Shown here piece by piece: positions 1 to 8,592 of a stretch of 45,812 bases of DNA. The first letter of the stretch is position 1, and every line of letters begins with the position of its first letter. Made by a program: the position numbers and the translations under genes. The notes under the pieces were generated by a model. The model was not told where the DNA came from. It was given only the letters and a program-made list of their open reading frames with translations, and made no database searches. The stretch comes from Candidatus Woesebacteria bacterium GW2011_GWC1_42_9 (GTDB taxonomy: Bacteria; Patescibacteriota; Microgenomatia; UBA8517): positions 1 through 45,812 of the forward strand of contig LCET01000009.1 of the NCBI GenBank assembly GCA_000995185.1. The letters are read 5' to 3'.

Positions 1-1
1 C

Positions 2-178
2 CAACCACTCACCACCCTGGGATCAGTGGTTACCCTCTCAGGGGTAACCCTCTCCCGCAATCTCGGCGGAGGGAATGCAAATCCTGCGGAAACATTCACC
101 TTTAACCCTGCTAATTACCTTCTCTTCCCACAATCCCTCTCTCCAGGGAAAATCATCTGGCAGGAGGTGGCACCGTGA
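2..178 (+). CDS. 3' end of an unidentified CDS entering from upstream of the window (partial)
   Basis: Frame 2 is open from base 2 to TGA at 176-178 (ends ...FPQSLSPGKIIWQEVAP*). It is absent from the ORF track because it has no start in the window. No family recognised. Confidence 0.35.
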   Translation, partial: QPLTTLGSVVTLSGVTLSRNLGGGNANPAETFTFNPANYLLFPQSLSPGKIIWQEVAP

Positions 179-189
179 GGAATCCGTAG

Positions 190-660
190 TTATTTTTCTT
201 TTTCTTTAGGACTCTTCTCTTCAGGTTTTGTTGTGGGTTTGGCAATTTTGCTGTACGTTGAGGATACCCCGGCGCGGATAATTTGCAAAGGGATCATCGC
301 GAGGAGAGCAAGGCCAGCCAAGGAAATAGCCAAGGACCACTCGAGGGGGATAAGTTTTGAGCCGGTTGCGAGTTCTTGAAGGACGTATAGTTGGGTTAGT
401 GCGGAAAGGATTAATAATACTACCGACTTAGCCAGATACCTTCTCGCGATATAGGACATAAGAAGGAGCGGGGATAAGAACAAGGCGACAGCGCGGATGA
501 CGATCACGGTAGTAGTAAAGGGGTAAGTCTTGATTGTCTCGGAGTTAAGGTAATGGTAAGGAGTTGCCAAAGGAAGTATAAGAGGCTCTACAGTTGCTTC
601 CAAAAGATACGCCACCAGGAGTAGCCCTACAACTAAAGCCAAAATATACCCTTGTTTCAT
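190..660 (-). CDS. small integral membrane protein, function unknown
   Basis: 156 aa with about four hydrophobic helices and a Lys/Glu/Pro-rich C-terminal tail. No family recognised. Confidence 0.6.
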   Translation of the reverse strand: MKQGYILALVVGLLLVAYLLEATVEPLILPLATPYHYLNSETIKTYPFTTTVIVIRAVALFLSPLLLMSYIARRYLAKSVVLLILSALTQLYVLQELATGSKLIPLEWSLAISLAGLALLAMIPLQIIRAGVSSTYSKIAKPTTKPEEKSPKEKEK

Positions 661-689
661 AAACCTTGGGGCAAGTATACAACATTCTC

Positions 690-2600
690 TTACGGAGTGG
701 GAGCTAGTGGTTGGGAATCCTCAGGCAGTTCCAACGGTGGCTTGAGGATTTCTTTTGTCTCTTGAGGCGGCACAAGATTGGTTGATTTGGTTTCAGTCAA
801 TGGCCCTTTGCTTTTGAGGCTTTCCAAGACACTTGATGCTGTTTCGTAATCGCTTGATTCCTTGGGAACAAGCGAGAGGACGATATTGAGTTCATCTATC
901 GCCTTGTCGATCTGGCCAGAATCTTTGTAAGCAAATGCAAGGTTGTAGTGGGCATTGGGATGATCCGGCTTTACGAGGTTGGTGACTATTCTGTATACCT
1001 CGATGGCGTCTGTATAATCTCTTCTTGCATACAAAAGACCTCCAAGTGCAATGCGGGTGTTTGGGTTTAAAGGATCCAGGGCAATAGCTTGGTTATAGGA
1101 TTCGATTGCGAATTGGTCTGCGCCTTGAGCTAGGGGGATGATGCTTTGATATGTGTTCGCCAGAATTTCCCAGTTGCCTGCGCGTCCAGAATTTAGAGAA
1201 ACAGTTGATTTTGCTTCTCTTATGGCTTGCTGGGCAAGCTTTCCGATAGTTGTGCGGTCTTCATCAGTAATTTCCTTGTTCTGAGCAATCCCTCCGGCGA
1301 TAGCCAGGTTAATTTGCGCGTAGGAAGCGTGATATCTGTCTATTTTTGGGTTTAATGAAATTGTACGGGCGAGAAGATCATATGCGGCCTTTCCATTGTT
1401 GTTTGCGATTGCTATCAAGGCTTTGTTGTAGGTGTACTCCGCTTTAACTATATTTACTCCTTTGTACCACACGAATGCGATGGTAATAATAATAGGACTT
1501 GCGATGACAAGGAGGGGGAGCTTGGCAGTGGTCTTAATAGATACAAGACTTGTTTTCGTTGAAAGGGAAAGAACGATAAAGAGTAAGACGATAAGATAGG
1601 AGGAGCTTGGGAAAATCATGAGCGCCCCAAGGATAATTATTAGAGGTATTAGTTTTTTATCTTTTGAGATAGTTTGAAAGTGTTTGTATAGTTTTGATAC
1701 TAATATACTTAATCCGATAATCCCGAACAATCCGGTTTCTGTAGTCATGGTCATAAAAAAGTTTCTTGAAGTAGTAAATCGCAGAGACCATAGATCTGTT
1801 CCATTGAAAGCAATCGGACGATACCGATTAAAAGCAGTTAGATAGTTTCCTGGCCCCACACCGAATATGGGATTTGCCTTCAAGGAATCAATCATTATCG
1901 CCCATGAAGTGGCAAAATCGACCAATAGAGGCGCCGTTTGTTTTCCTGGTAAAATGTTTATTACTGAGATGATAAGTCCTAAGATTATCAGACCAAGGGA
2001 AGCCCCTAAAATAGACTTTGCAAAGGTCTTTTCAGATTTATTGGCGAGTCCCACCCCTAAGGGGATTATCGTCAAAAGGAATATTGCTCCGGTCAAATGA
2101 TCACCAAGAGATGTATAGAGTGGGTTTGAGAAAAGCGGAGGGAGGAAACTTACTATTGAGAGAATTTTTGTTGTGGATAATATCAAAACGAGTGAGAAGA
2201 CTGTACCCCCTGCGATAAGAGATGCTTTAACAAGTTCTTTCGATTTTTCTTTAAGTTGGGTAATACTTAAATAGAGGATCGCTCCAAGGATCACAAAGCT
2301 CCCTGTGCCAGGCACTAAAAATGCATCATAGCGATTAGGTGTGGAGAATATACCACTCAATAGGTATGATGAGGCGATAAATATTACTGGTAGGTCATAT
2401 TCTCCAGCAGAGTATTCAAGTTCATCGCTATATATAGAGCGGATAATCTTAAGTAATATAAGAAGGCATACGCCAATTGTTAGGATGATTAGTTTAGAAA
2501 GGGTGAACGGGTCTTGGAAGAAAGGCAATACTAATATGGGAATAGCAAAAACTGTTGCCAATACCAATCCAATTATAAATTTATCCATACTTCTCTCCAT
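690..2600 (-). CDS. O-antigen ligase/polymerase-like polytopic membrane protein with C-terminal TPR repeats
   Basis: 636 aa. The N-terminal ~400 aa contain many TM helices and an FGVGPGNY motif typical of the O-antigen-ligase family. The C-terminal part has TPR-like repeats (AIESYNQAIALDP, AHYNLAFAYKDSGQIDKAIDELN). Confidence 0.8.
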   Translation of the reverse strand: MERSMDKFIIGLVLATVFAIPILVLPFFQDPFTLSKLIILTIGVCLLILLKIIRSIYSDELEYSAGEYDLPVIFIASSYLLSGIFSTPNRYDAFLVPGTGSFVILGAILYLSITQLKEKSKELVKASLIAGGTVFSLVLILSTTKILSIVSFLPPLFSNPLYTSLGDHLTGAIFLLTIIPLGVGLANKSEKTFAKSILGASLGLIILGLIISVINILPGKQTAPLLVDFATSWAIMIDSLKANPIFGVGPGNYLTAFNRYRPIAFNGTDLWSLRFTTSRNFFMTMTTETGLFGIIGLSILVSKLYKHFQTISKDKKLIPLIIILGALMIFPSSSYLIVLLFIVLSLSTKTSLVSIKTTAKLPLLVIASPIIITIAFVWYKGVNIVKAEYTYNKALIAIANNNGKAAYDLLARTISLNPKIDRYHASYAQINLAIAGGIAQNKEITDEDRTTIGKLAQQAIREAKSTVSLNSGRAGNWEILANTYQSIIPLAQGADQFAIESYNQAIALDPLNPNTRIALGGLLYARRDYTDAIEVYRIVTNLVKPDHPNAHYNLAFAYKDSGQIDKAIDELNIVLSLVPKESSDYETASSVLESLKSKGPLTETKSTNLVPPQETKEILKPPLELPEDSQPLAPTP

Positions 2601-2641
2601 TTCTATCTAAAGTATCATTGAGATGGTTGAATTGCAATAAA

Positions 2642-2924
2642 GCGGTAAATATTGAGATAAAGTATTTAAAGATATGCGGTTATTGATTCGTAAATCAAAT
2701 GAAGACAGGAAATACTAATGTTATTATTGCTTTCACTATCGTATATAACATGATTTCCGCACGTTAACTTACCTGTAATTATTCATAATTAATAGTCCCA
2801 TAGCTTAAGTATATGAATTATATACCGCTTATAGATTGAGCCTATTTCCGCAAGATGAGGGAATCGTATTTTGCCTTCAGTAAACCTCTTTGTGAGTTTT
2901 TTTATATTTTCTTGGATTTACCGT
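2642..2924. promoter_or_regulatory. cluster of GCGGWAAAT-like 9-mers in a 511-bp divergent intergenic region
   Basis: GCGGTAAAT at 2642-2650 and GCGGTTATT at 2676-2684 are on the + strand. In reverse orientation are ATTTCCGCA at 2753-2761 and 2844-2852, ATACCGCT at 2822-2829 and ATTTACCGT at 2916-2924. The GC cores stand out in very AT-rich DNA. Confidence 0.4.
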
Positions 2925-3076
2925 GATATTTTGATAAAAGTCTAGATCGTTTCAAGAAAATAATATATTTGAGCTTATCGGCAGTCACTATGTATAACTG
3001 CTAGAAAGTATTTACCATGAATTATCTCAATTTTGAGGGCTTTTGTTGATTTTTTTGCTTATTAATTTTTTTTGTA

Positions 3077-3105
3077 TTGAGCTAGAGAGTAATCTGTCAT
3101 ATACT
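3077..3105 (+). promoter_or_regulatory. sigma70-like promoter for leuS, possibly giving a leaderless mRNA
   Basis: TTGAGC (3077-3082), 17-nt spacer, TATACT (3100-3105). The ATG at 3112 lies 6 nt after the -10 box and no Shine-Dalgarno is present. Confidence 0.4.
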
Positions 3106-3111
3106 TATTAA

Positions 3112-5478
3112 ATGATAAATCGTGATCCATATCGGCATGGTTTGATTGAGTCTAAATGGCAAATTAAATGGAAAAAGTCTGCTGTATATACGCCTAAAAT
3201 TAACGCAAAAAACAAATTTTATAACCTGATGATGTTCCCTTACCCTTCCGCAGAAGGGCTCCATATCGGCAATATGTACGCCTTTACTGGGGCTGATGTC
3301 AACGGGAGGTATCAAAGAATGCTCGGTCACAGCGTCTTTGAGCCTATTGGGCTTGATGGATTTGGGATACATTCCGAGAACTACGCCATAAAAAAGGGGA
3401 TTCATCCAAAAAAGCTCTCAGAAATCACTGAAAAAAGATTTTATTCACAACTGACGGCAATTGGAGGTAGTTTTGATTGGACTAGAAAGCTTGAGACTTA
3501 TGATCCAGATTATTACCGTTGGACGCAGTGGATTTTTATTAAAATGTACGAAAAAGGCTTGGTGTACCGAGGAGAAGCGATGGTTAATTGGTGCCCGAGT
3601 TGTAAGACTGTACTTGCTGATGAGCAAGCAGAATCAGGGATATGTGAGCGCTGTAAGACGAAAGTAGAGAGGAGGATAATGGCCTCATGGTATTTTAGGA
3701 TCACGGATTACGCTGAAAAGCTTCTCTCTGGCCTGGAAACTATAAATTGGCCGGAGAAAATAAAGCATGCTCAGCGCCAGTGGATAGGTAAAAGCCAGGG
3801 AATGGTTATAAAATTTCAGCTGGTAGACCATAAGTCTCAGATTGCAGTATTCACTACTCGGCCAGATACGATCCATGGTGCGACATTTTTGGTGATTTCA
3901 CCGGAGCTTTCTAAAAAGTATCTAAAATTTGTCCCTAAAGGTAAGCGCGAGAAGGTGCTTTTATATATCAATAAGTCTTTGAGTAAGACTGAGCAGGAGA
4001 GAAAACTGACGGAAAAGAAAAAAACTGGCGTCGATATGGGGCTTGAGGCGATAAACCCGATTACTAATAAGAAAATTTCAGTGTGGGTGGCCGATTATGT
4101 CCTTAGCGATGTGGGGACAGGGGCGATAATGGGAGTGCCGGCACACGATGAGCGCGATATGAAGTTTGCTAGAAAATATAAGATTGATATAGTTGAGATG
4201 GAACCTGATGAGAAAATGTGGGAGGAGATTAAAAAAAGAGGTCTTGGCCAAAAGACTACTACTTACCACCTTCGAGATTGGTTAGTGAGCCGCCAGCGCT
4301 ATTGGGGGGCGCCAATCCCAATGATTAATTGCAAGAAATGCGGGTGGTTAACTGTCCCAGAGGAGGATCTCCCCGTTGAATTGCCAGACATTAAAGATTA
4401 TAAGCCAAAAGCAGATGGAACAAGCCCATTGAGTAATGCTCCAGATAGCTGGAAATTTGTTGAGTGCCCCAAATGCGGCGGTAAGGCTCAAAGAGAGTTG
4501 GATGTTTCTGATACATTTTTAGATAGTTCGTGGTACTTTTTGGCGTATCCAAACTTGGATACAAGGCAGTGGAAAGAGGGTCCTTCGGCAAGCTCAGGAC
4601 AGGCATTTTTTGATAAAAAGATAATGAATGCCTGGCTGCCAGTTGATGCTTATATCGGTGGTGCCGAGCACGCCGTCTTGCACCTTTTGTATTCTCGATT
4701 TGTGACGAGGGCTTTATCAGATATGGGTTATCTTGATTTTAAAGAGCCATTCCCATTTCTTTATGGCCATGGGCTGATTATTAAAGATGGGGCAAAAATG
4801 AGTAAATCTCGAGGGAATGTGGTTAATCCTGATGAATATATAAAAAAATATGGTGCGGACACAGTTAGGATGTACTTGATGTTTTTGGGGCCGTTTGATC
4901 AAGGGGGGGATTTTAGTGATGCAGGGATTGAAGGGATGGAGAGGTTTACAAAGAGAGTTTGGAATTTATTGTCTTCGGCTGATCATTCATCAGTCGTCAA
5001 TCATCAGTTATCAGTCGTAATGCATCAAACTATAAAAAAGGTGACCAATGACCTTGAGAGATTCCGCTATAACACTGCTATTAGTACGATTATGGAGTAT
5101 GTTAATTTTTTGAGAATCTCTGATCCATTATCCATTAACCATTATTCATTAATCGTCTTGGCTCAGTTGATTGCTCCTTTTGCACCATACATGGCCGAGG
5201 AAGCTTGGGAATTACTAGGCGAGAAATACTCTATCCATACATCTAACTGGCCGAAATATGATCCCGAGATGGTGAGAGAGGATAAAGCAGTCTATGCTAT
5301 CCAAGTCAACGGTAAGCTTAGGGGCGAGATCACGGTACCAATCGATGAAAGTAAAGAGAAAGTAATTAAAAAAGCAAAGGAGGATGAAAGAATTGTTAAA
5401 TGGCTGGAAGAGAAAGTAATTGAAAAGGAAATTTTTGTGAAGGGAAAGATTGTAAACTTCGTATTATCTGTTGCTTGA
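3112..5478 (+). CDS. leuS: leucyl-tRNA synthetase
   Basis: 788 aa. Class I HIGH-type motif (EGLHIGN), KMSKS motif (GAKMSKSRGN), editing-domain motif TTRPDTIHGATF, and zinc-knuckle cysteines (CPSCKT...CERCKT). Confidence 0.95.
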   Translation: MINRDPYRHGLIESKWQIKWKKSAVYTPKINAKNKFYNLMMFPYPSAEGLHIGNMYAFTGADVNGRYQRMLGHSVFEPIGLDGFGIHSENYAIKKGIHPKKLSEITEKRFYSQLTAIGGSFDWTRKLETYDPDYYRWTQWIFIKMYEKGLVYRGEAMVNWCPSCKTVLADEQAESGICERCKTKVERRIMASWYFRITDYAEKLLSGLETINWPEKIKHAQRQWIGKSQGMVIKFQLVDHKSQIAVFTTRPDTIHGATFLVISPELSKKYLKFVPKGKREKVLLYINKSLSKTEQERKLTEKKKTGVDMGLEAINPITNKKISVWVADYVLSDVGTGAIMGVPAHDERDMKFARKYKIDIVEMEPDEKMWEEIKKRGLGQKTTTYHLRDWLVSRQRYWGAPIPMINCKKCGWLTVPEEDLPVELPDIKDYKPKADGTSPLSNAPDSWKFVECPKCGGKAQRELDVSDTFLDSSWYFLAYPNLDTRQWKEGPSASSGQAFFDKKIMNAWLPVDAYIGGAEHAVLHLLYSRFVTRALSDMGYLDFKEPFPFLYGHGLIIKDGAKMSKSRGNVVNPDEYIKKYGADTVRMYLMFLGPFDQGGDFSDAGIEGMERFTKRVWNLLSSADHSSVVNHQLSVVMHQTIKKVTNDLERFRYNTAISTIMEYVNFLRISDPLSINHYSLIVLAQLIAPFAPYMAEEAWELLGEKYSIHTSNWPKYDPEMVREDKAVYAIQVNGKLRGEITVPIDESKEKVIKKAKEDERIVKWLEEKVIEKEIFVKGKIVNFVLSVA
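5125..5152 (+). repeat. four imperfect tandem heptamers (CCATTAT CCATTAA CCATTAT TCATTAA) inside leuS
   Basis: Read directly from the sequence. Encodes DPLSINHYSLI in a variable segment of LeuRS. Confidence 0.8.
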
Positions 5479-5493
5479 AAGGAGAGACCTTTC
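5477..5493. terminator. short hairpin between convergent leuS and the 5506-6069 gene
   Basis: GAAAGG-AGAGA-CCTTTC (6-bp stem, 5-nt loop) overlapping the leuS stop codon. There is no clear U-tract. Confidence 0.3.
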
Positions 5494-5505
5494 AAGCAGG
5501 CGGAA

Positions 5506-6069
5506 CTATCGTCTGGTTATTAAGAAGAGGATTATTGCCAGAGCGAAGATACCGATAAAGGCCAAAGCACCACTAAGCTGAGCCAGATTGATATTAGAAG
5601 CCTTCGGGGTGGGCGTCGGAGTAATATCTTCATTTAATTCTCCAATCCCAGTATCGAGGAAATCTATATTTTGGATGGAGCCCTTCATCACAGTTTCTCC
5701 TTTGGGGCTTCTTGTGTCGGCATCCTTTTCTCGGGTGATAAAAAGGGAATCAAATGCATTTTTGGTTTTTAGGTAAACTTTACCCACCCCCAGCTCGCCA
5801 AGCTTATAAGTTTTGCCGTCTGTCCCAGACCCCCAAACGATATAACTAAAAATATCGGTCCCGCTGGTCGTCCCTGGGTAGGTGATATCTCGGCAACTTA
5901 AAAGGACGTTGTAGTTTTGGTCGCTCATAAGTACCGACGCCGCAAAGCACCGGGCATTTTCTCCAGACGTGTTTTGAAGCTCAAACGTCCCCTCGCTTGC
6001 GCCTACACTAGGTGCGGCAATTGCACCTGCCGCAAGCAATGCTGAAAAAAGATATAGGACTTTTCGCAT
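5506..6069 (-). CDS. secreted protein with a C-terminal membrane anchor, function unknown
   Basis: 187 aa. N-terminal signal peptide (MRKVLYLFSALLAAGAIAAPS), TPTPTPK linker, C-terminal hydrophobic helix ending in RR. Confidence 0.65.
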   Translation of the reverse strand: MRKVLYLFSALLAAGAIAAPSVGASEGTFELQNTSGENARCFAASVLMSDQNYNVLLSCRDITYPGTTSGTDIFSYIVWGSGTDGKTYKLGELGVGKVYLKTKNAFDSLFITREKDADTRSPKGETVMKGSIQNIDFLDTGIGELNEDITPTPTPKASNINLAQLSGALAFIGIFALAIILFLITRR

Positions 6070-6097
6070 AATTAATTATAATATAGAGACAGACAAG

Positions 6098-6685
6098 ATG
6101 CTAGAAGAATCCCTATATAGATTCCGCTCCCAAATTATATTGGGACTTGTGGGGCTTGGACTTGCCGGCGCGGGTTTAATAATGACGAAATCAAGCTTCT
6201 TCACACCCACAAAAGTAGAGATACTAGGGGAAACTTCGGAGTCGACACCAAGTGGATCATTAGTAGTCGAAGTATCAGGAAGTGTCACAAATCCTGGAGT
6301 ATATGAGTTGGAAGCCAGCTCTCGTGTGGAGGATGCATTAACGGCGGCCGGCGGCCTTACTAGCGAAGCAGACTTAGATTGGATTGAGAAGGCGCTAAAT
6401 CGGGCGGCCAAAGTCGTCGACGGCCAAAAAATATACATCCCGGCAAAGGGCGAGGATGCTTTCTCAATTGCTACCAATAATTCGGGAACTTCACCAACTT
6501 CTGGAATGGTGAGCATTAACACCGCCAGTAAATCGCAGCTAGAAGCATTATGGGGGATAGGGCCGGCGACGGCGGATAAAATAATCGAGGCTAGGCCATT
6601 TTCGTCGGTGGAGGAGTTATTGTCTAAAAAGATCTTGAAGTCAAATGTATACGAAGCAAATAAAGACAAACTCACTGTTTATTAG
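6098..6685 (+). CDS. comEA: ComEA-like DNA receptor (TM anchor, SLBB-like region, helix-hairpin-helix)
   Basis: 195 aa. N-terminal TM helix. C-terminal INTASKSQLEALWGIGPATADKIIEARPFSSVEELL is a typical ComEA HhH motif. Confidence 0.85.
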   Translation: MLEESLYRFRSQIILGLVGLGLAGAGLIMTKSSFFTPTKVEILGETSESTPSGSLVVEVSGSVTNPGVYELEASSRVEDALTAAGGLTSEADLDWIEKALNRAAKVVDGQKIYIPAKGEDAFSIATNNSGTSPTSGMVSINTASKSQLEALWGIGPATADKIIEARPFSSVEELLSKKILKSNVYEANKDKLTVY

Positions 6686-7742
6686 GGATTGTCTCTTTTG
6701 GGGGTTATTACTTGCTGCCGTCATTTTCCGTTTTCAATCTACAAAGCCAGTTTACAGAGACGGAGACAAAATACGAGTATCCGGGCGGCTTTTAACTGAG
6801 CCGATCCGTTATTCAAACGCCCAGTATTTTCACCTTGAGAGATTGAAAGTTTACCTTCCGCTTTTCCCAGAAATATATTACGGAGATTATGTAGTTATCG
6901 AAGGCGTGGTGAGTGAGGATAAATTGACCTCCCCGGTTTTAGTTAACAGGATCGAGAGTAGAAATATGTTGTTTTTAATTAGAAGAAGACTAATCTCTTT
7001 TTATCAAGCTTCATTATCCGAGCCGCACGCGTCGCTGGTGGCAGGCATAGTTATCGGCGCAAAGTCTTCACTGCCTGAAGATTTTTGGAATGCTCTCAAG
7101 GCGACGGGTACCGCTCATGTTGTCGTGGCTAGCGGGATGAACGTGAGCATGACGGCAAGCTTTGTATTGGCTGCTTTGGTTAATTTTATTACCCGAAAAA
7201 GGGCAGTAATAATCGCGATCGTTTCTATATGGATATATACAGTGATGAGTGGGTTTGATGCCCCAATAATAAGAGCGGCCATAATGGGGAGCATCGCCTT
7301 TGGCGCGCAGAGCGTGGGGAGGCTTTCTTTGTCTTTGAGGGCTTTATTATTAAGCGCCGTTTTGATGTTAATCATTAATCCCAGGTGGATGACCGACTTG
7401 GGATTTGTTTTGTCCTTTTTGGCGACCTTAGCTTTGATCCTTTTTGAGTCAAAGATTAGGAGTAAGATACATTTTGTCCCAGGTGTATTCAGGGAGGGCT
7501 TATCCACTTCATTAGCCGCTCAAGTTGGCGTGGCTCCCGTTTTATACTATGTATTTGGGCAGTTTAACCCCGTTTCACCACTAATTAACGCTCTGATTCT
7601 CTGGACAATTGCGCCGATAATGGTAATCGGGTCATTGTCGGGTTTGCTTGGGATTTTTATGCCCTTTCTTGGCCGAGCAGTACTTTTATTGGCATTTCCA
7701 TTAACAAGTTGGTTTGTATTTGTAGTAAATTTATTCGGCTAA
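6645..7742 (+). CDS. comEC: ComEC/Rec2 channel protein, N-terminal OB-like and competence domains only
   Basis: 365 aa polytopic membrane protein with the competence-domain motif LKATGTAHVVVASGMNV. It overlaps comEA by 41 nt, so the true start may be later. Confidence 0.85.
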   Translation: MYTKQIKTNSLFIRDCLFWGLLLAAVIFRFQSTKPVYRDGDKIRVSGRLLTEPIRYSNAQYFHLERLKVYLPLFPEIYYGDYVVIEGVVSEDKLTSPVLVNRIESRNMLFLIRRRLISFYQASLSEPHASLVAGIVIGAKSSLPEDFWNALKATGTAHVVVASGMNVSMTASFVLAALVNFITRKRAVIIAIVSIWIYTVMSGFDAPIIRAAIMGSIAFGAQSVGRLSLSLRALLLSAVLMLIINPRWMTDLGFVLSFLATLALILFESKIRSKIHFVPGVFREGLSTSLAAQVGVAPVLYYVFGQFNPVSPLINALILWTIAPIMVIGSLSGLLGIFMPFLGRAVLLLAFPLTSWFVFVVNLFG

Positions 7743-7743
7743 G

Positions 7744-8583
7744 ATGTTTTGGAAAAAATTTATTAGTTTATTAGTTTTAATAGTTTTTTTGATATGGCTT
7801 TCGGCTTTGAAATACGATGGTTCGAATTTGCATGTTGTAGCTTGTGATGTAGGGCAAGGGGATGCAATTTTAATTACTCAAGGAGCATCACAGGTGCTTA
7901 TTGATGGCGGCCCAGATTCAAGGGTCTTAGAGTGCTTGGGGGAGTACCTGCCGTTTTGGGACAGGAAAATCGAATTGGTCGTTATGACCCATCCGCAGAA
8001 GGATCACTATGGAGGACTGACGGAGGTAATGGACCGATACCAGGTGGATTCCTTTTTAAAAACCGACGCGACGAGTAGCAGTCAAGACTTTGAAGTGCTA
8101 GAAAGGATGGTAGGGGGTGGGGGGATCAAAGTAATACAGCCAAAAACAGGTTTGGATATCCGAGTTGGTTTGATGTATTTGGAGATAGTTTACCCACCCG
8201 AAAATGTTAATATTGCTGAGGATCGTGATCCAAATGATTTTTCGGTAGTTTTGAAATTGAAGTATGGTGAGTTTGATGCGCTTTTTACAGGGGACATGGG
8301 ACCAAATATTGTTAGTGAAGTGATTGGCACCGGGTTAATTGGGGATATTGAGTATTTGAAGGTCCCGCATCACGGATCAAAGAATGGCCTAACCCAAGAG
8401 ATGTTGGAAGCGACAACCCCAGAAGTGGCAGTAGTCTCGGCGGGGAGAAATAATCGCTATGGACACCCTCACCAGGAAGTGCTGGGGATGCTAGATGATA
8501 TTGGCGTAAATATATTAAGAACCGATCTGGTGGGTAGTGTTGAGGTAGTGACGAATGGGAGTACATTTTGGGTGGAGAATTAA
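7744..8583 (+). CDS. ComEC-type metallo-beta-lactamase domain protein encoded as a separate ORF
   Basis: 279 aa with its own N-terminal TM helix. Motifs VVACDVGQGDAILI, THPQKDHYGG and VPHHGS are typical of the ComEC C-terminal MBL domain. It starts 1 nt after the comEC stop. Confidence 0.85.
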   Translation: MFWKKFISLLVLIVFLIWLSALKYDGSNLHVVACDVGQGDAILITQGASQVLIDGGPDSRVLECLGEYLPFWDRKIELVVMTHPQKDHYGGLTEVMDRYQVDSFLKTDATSSSQDFEVLERMVGGGGIKVIQPKTGLDIRVGLMYLEIVYPPENVNIAEDRDPNDFSVVLKLKYGEFDALFTGDMGPNIVSEVIGTGLIGDIEYLKVPHHGSKNGLTQEMLEATTPEVAVVSAGRNNRYGHPHQEVLGMLDDIGVNILRTDLVGSVEVVTNGSTFWVEN

Positions 8584-8592
8584 TGATAAAAT

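Noticed and set aside
2601-3111. Possible T-box riboswitch or other structured RNA upstream of leuS
   Set aside because: I found no T-box consensus (no GGTGGTACCGCG-like element), no specifier or terminator architecture and no tRNA-like fold. The region is uniformly AT-rich. This was not tested with covariance models.
6076-6675. 199-aa minus-strand ORF that fully mirrors comEA
   Set aside because: It is antisense to a gene with clear ComEA motifs. Its composition is Ser/Ala-rich and low-complexity with no start context, which is typical of a shadow ORF.
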